Assembly: GCA_902795435.1 (NCBI GenBank)
Contig: CADBLE010000004.1
Location: 71,601 to 135,600, forward strand
DNA: 64,000 nt
Reading direction: 5' to 3'
From: an uncultured Pseudomonadota bacterium
Lineage (GTDB): Bacteria > Pseudomonadota > Alphaproteobacteria > Rs-D84
In this document: piece after piece, positions 61,591 to 64,000 of the stretch
Numbering within the stretch: the first letter of the stretch is position 1
How the letters are laid out: every line of letters begins with the position of its first letter
Made by a program: the position numbers and the translations under genes
The notes under the pieces: model-generated
Told to the model about the DNA's origin: nothing
Database searches by the model: none
The model's input: the letters and a program-made list of their open reading frames with translations, nothing else

Positions 61591-62975
61591 TCTTCTGTGT
61601 TTGTTTCTTCAACAATTTCAGGATTATTCTTTTTTTCTTCCAGATAATGTTCCAACCAATGATTATCTGTTTTTAATTGGCGGACATCACTGTTAGATAA
61701 CAATTCTTTCTGTAATGGAATTGTTGTTTTAATTCCATTTATAACAAATTCGTCCAATGCGCGTTCTGCACGCATAATACATGCAGGTCTTGATTGTGCA
61801 TGAACAATCAATTTAGCAATCATAGAATCGTATGTTGGTGGAATTGTATAACCGCTATAAACAGCACTATCCACACGAACACCCAAACCACCAGATGGTG
61901 CGTATAATTCTATTTTACCAGGATTTGGAATAAATGTTTCTGGGTCTTCGGCATTTATACGAAATTCAATTGCATGTCCATGTGCAACCAAACTTGATTG
62001 TGTATAACCTAATTTTTCCCCAGCGGCAATTCTGATTTGTTCACGAACCAAATCTATACCATAAACCATTTCAGTCACAGGGTGTTCAACCTGTAATCTG
62101 GTATTCATTTCAAGGAAATAGAATTTACCGTCTTCAAACATAAATTCAAATGTACCAGCATTTGCATATTTCATTTTTTTAGCAGCGGTTTTGCAGATTT
62201 CAATCATATCATCACGCTGTTTTTGTGTTAAAATAGCAGCTGGACATTCTTCCATAACTTTTTGATTTTTTCTCTGTAATGAACAATCACGTTCGCCAAA
62301 TATAACAACATTTCCGTGATTATCACCCAAAACCTGAAATTCAATATGACGTGGGTGTAATAATAATTTTTCCATATACAGTGTATCATCACCGAATGCA
62401 GATTTAGATTCAGCCTTTACAATGGGGAAAAATTCACGCAATTCATTTACATTGTGAATTGCGCGCATACCACGACCACCGCCACCCGCAGCGGCCTTTA
62501 TCATAACTGGATAACCGATTTTGTCAGCCCAAACAATCGCTTCTTCTATGTCGCGAATTGCACCTTCACTACCTGGAACAACAGGTAAACCACATTTAAT
62601 AGCGGTTTGTTTTGCATTTACCTTGTCCCCCATTTTGCGAATCATTTCCGCACTTGGGCCAATCCAGATAAGATGATGTTGTTCAACCTTTTCTACGAAA
62701 TCAGCGCGTTCTGATAAAAATCCATATCCCGGGTGAATTGCGTCTGCATTTGTCAAAAGTGCAGCAGTTAAAATTGCAGATTCATTAAGGTATGATTCAC
62801 TGCTCTGTGCAGGGCCAATACATACAGATTCGTCTGCCAATTTTACATGCATAGCGTCCCTGTCCGCAGTTGAATAAACCGCAACAGTTCTGATACCCAT
62901 ATCACGACAGGCACGAATAATACGTAATGCGATTTCACCACGATTTGCGATTAAAACTTTTTTTATTTGAGGCAT
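61584..62975 (-). CDS. accC: acetyl-CoA carboxylase biotin carboxylase subunit
   Basis: MPQIKKVLIANRGEIALRIIRA..., ATP-grasp motifs. Confidence 0.9.
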   Translation of the reverse strand: MPQIKKVLIANRGEIALRIIRACRDMGIRTVAVYSTADRDAMHVKLADESVCIGPAQSSESYLNESAILTAALLTNADAIHPGYGFLSERADFVEKVEQHHLIWIGPSAEMIRKMGDKVNAKQTAIKCGLPVVPGSEGAIRDIEEAIVWADKIGYPVMIKAAAGGGGRGMRAIHNVNELREFFPIVKAESKSAFGDDTLYMEKLLLHPRHIEFQVLGDNHGNVVIFGERDCSLQRKNQKVMEECPAAILTQKQRDDMIEICKTAAKKMKYANAGTFEFMFEDGKFYFLEMNTRLQVEHPVTEMVYGIDLVREQIRIAAGEKLGYTQSSLVAHGHAIEFRINAEDPETFIPNPGKIELYAPSGGLGVRVDSAVYSGYTIPPTYDSMIAKLIVHAQSRPACIMRAERALDEFVINGIKTTIPLQKELLSNSDVRQLKTDNHWLEHYLEEKKNNPEIVEETNTEEE

Positions 62976-62984
62976 ATTTTCAAC

Positions 62985-63416
62985 CTATTCTATAACGATA
63001 ATAGGTGTATCAAATTCAACTGCATTTCCATCTGCAACCAATATTTCTTTGACCACACCGTCTATATCAGATTTAATCGGATTAAATGTTTTCATTGCTT
63101 CTACCAATGCAACGGTATCACCAGATTTAACAGTGTCCCCAACCTTTACAAAAGGTGCAGCCCCTGGTTCAGGTGATAAATAAGCAACGCCAACCATAGG
63201 TGATTTTAACACATGGCCATTGTGTTTTGTTTCATCAGATTCAGATTTTGGTGCGGCTACAATTCCCATTGGCGCAGCCACAGTTTGTTGTTTTGATAAA
63301 TGTATGTGTTTGCGATACAAACCCAAAAACAGTTGTCTTTCCAAATCAAGTTCGGTAATGCCCATTTCATCCATCAGTTTGGACATGTTTTCAACTGTTG
63401 CTCTAAAAGATGTCAT
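62985..63416 (-). CDS. accB: acetyl-CoA carboxylase biotin carboxyl carrier protein
   Basis: The C-terminus carries the biotinyl-lysine motif EAMKT, and the gene is upstream of accC. Confidence 0.85.
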   Translation of the reverse strand: MTSFRATVENMSKLMDEMGITELDLERQLFLGLYRKHIHLSKQQTVAAPMGIVAAPKSESDETKHNGHVLKSPMVGVAYLSPEPGAAPFVKVGDTVKSGDTVALVEAMKTFNPIKSDIDGVVKEILVADGNAVEFDTPIIVIE

Positions 63417-63475
63417 AATTATAAATCCTTTTTATTACGTATAATATATAGATTTTACCACACAGAATTTTTATG

Positions 63476-63715
63476 TCAAGGCACAGGGTCGTATCCATAC
63501 CCCCCACCCGGTCTGCATTTTGATATACGTTTTATACCCAATAAAACACCATGAAAAAAACCATATTTTTCAATTGCAATTCGTGTGTATTCACTGCATG
63601 TTGGAACGAATCTACACGCACATTTTCCGCCGATTACAGGCGATATACATGTTTGATACAAACGAATGAATTTACAACCAAATATGGTTAAAAATTTAGA
63701 TGTTTTTTTCGGCAT
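63476..63715 (-). CDS. yidD: membrane protein insertion efficiency factor YidD
   Basis: LYQTCISPVIGGKCACRFVPTCSEYTRIAIEKYG is the canonical YidD sequence. Confidence 0.8.
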   Translation of the reverse strand: MPKKTSKFLTIFGCKFIRLYQTCISPVIGGKCACRFVPTCSEYTRIAIEKYGFFHGVLLGIKRISKCRPGGGYGYDPVP

Positions 63716-63974
63716 AATTTTGTGATATTTTCGTCAATGCACGCTTTATGTATTCACGTCCATTTTCACGATTTGTATTTAATATTTCAGCACCTGCAAT
63801 AAAAACATAATCAAATTGTGGTAACATTAAATCTTCGTTATAGAAAATCCAATCACGCAAAAGACGTTTAACACGATTTCTTTGGACCGCAAATCTGAAC
63901 AATCTTTTAGATGCGATTATTCCGTATCTGGCATCATCTTTGATTTTTGCGTTTTTAATACGAACAGAAATCAC
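63696..63974 (-). CDS. rnpA: ribonuclease P protein component
   Basis: ...ASKRLFRFAVQRNRVKRLLRD... RNR motif, overlapping yidD as usual. The true start may lie slightly upstream, near the window edge. Confidence 0.65.
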   Translation of the reverse strand: MISVRIKNAKIKDDARYGIIASKRLFRFAVQRNRVKRLLRDWIFYNEDLMLPQFDYVFIAGAEILNTNRENGREYIKRALTKISQNYAEKNI

Positions 63975-64000
63975 ATTATCAAATGTGATATTTGGTCCGT

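Overview
This is an AT-rich, gene-dense window that looks like an alphaproteobacterial, Rickettsiales-like intracellular bacterium. Most of it is core housekeeping. Genes I can call from the sequence are lolCDE, ftsQ, an ftsA-like gene, tsaE, uvrB, aspS, folD, ung, gyrB, lpxC, lpxK, ychF, dnaG, topA, mreC-mreD-mrdA-rodA, rpmI-rplT-pheS-pheT, accB-accC and yidD-rnpA. Between them are several accessory-looking islands:

- (a) A seven-gene surface-polysaccharide cluster at 15.2-22.0 kb with two GT2 and one GT4 glycosyltransferase, an FdtA-like 3,4-ketoisomerase, a DegT/FdtB-like aminotransferase, a FemAB/GNAT-like acyltransferase and a pyruvyl transferase.
- (b) A tRNA-Thr flanked by a phage tail-fibre N-domain gene and a 614-aa orphan protein.
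- (c) A tRNA-Met(CAU) locus carrying tandem partial copies of the tRNA's own 5' and 3' ends, which I read as integration and excision scars.
- (d) The most interesting region: a compact four-gene type IV filament module (T2SS/type IVb-pilus-like) at 33.6-38.3 kb, made of a GspL/PilO-like bitopic protein, a PilP/GspC-like lipoprotein, a GspE/PilB ATPase with a C4 zinc motif, and a GspF/PilC platform protein. Immediately downstream of it is a conspicuously GC-rich gene for a Sec-exported, cysteine-rich 401-aa protein. A lipoprotein with secretin-like N- and C-terminal motifs lies 30 kb away at 3.2-4.6 kb.
- (e) An orphan virB3-virB4 pair followed by a secreted HExxH protein and two GNAT genes.
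- (f) An initiator tRNA-fMet behind a consensus sigma70 promoter, with a partial 3'-end repeat 260 bp downstream.

Other oddities are an apparent in-frame ftsA-rpe fusion with no ftsZ following it, a 44-aa C-less (type B) L36 gene missed by the ORF track, and a truncated SufD-like orphan. Every call rests on reading the translations and sequence motifs by eye. No database search was possible.
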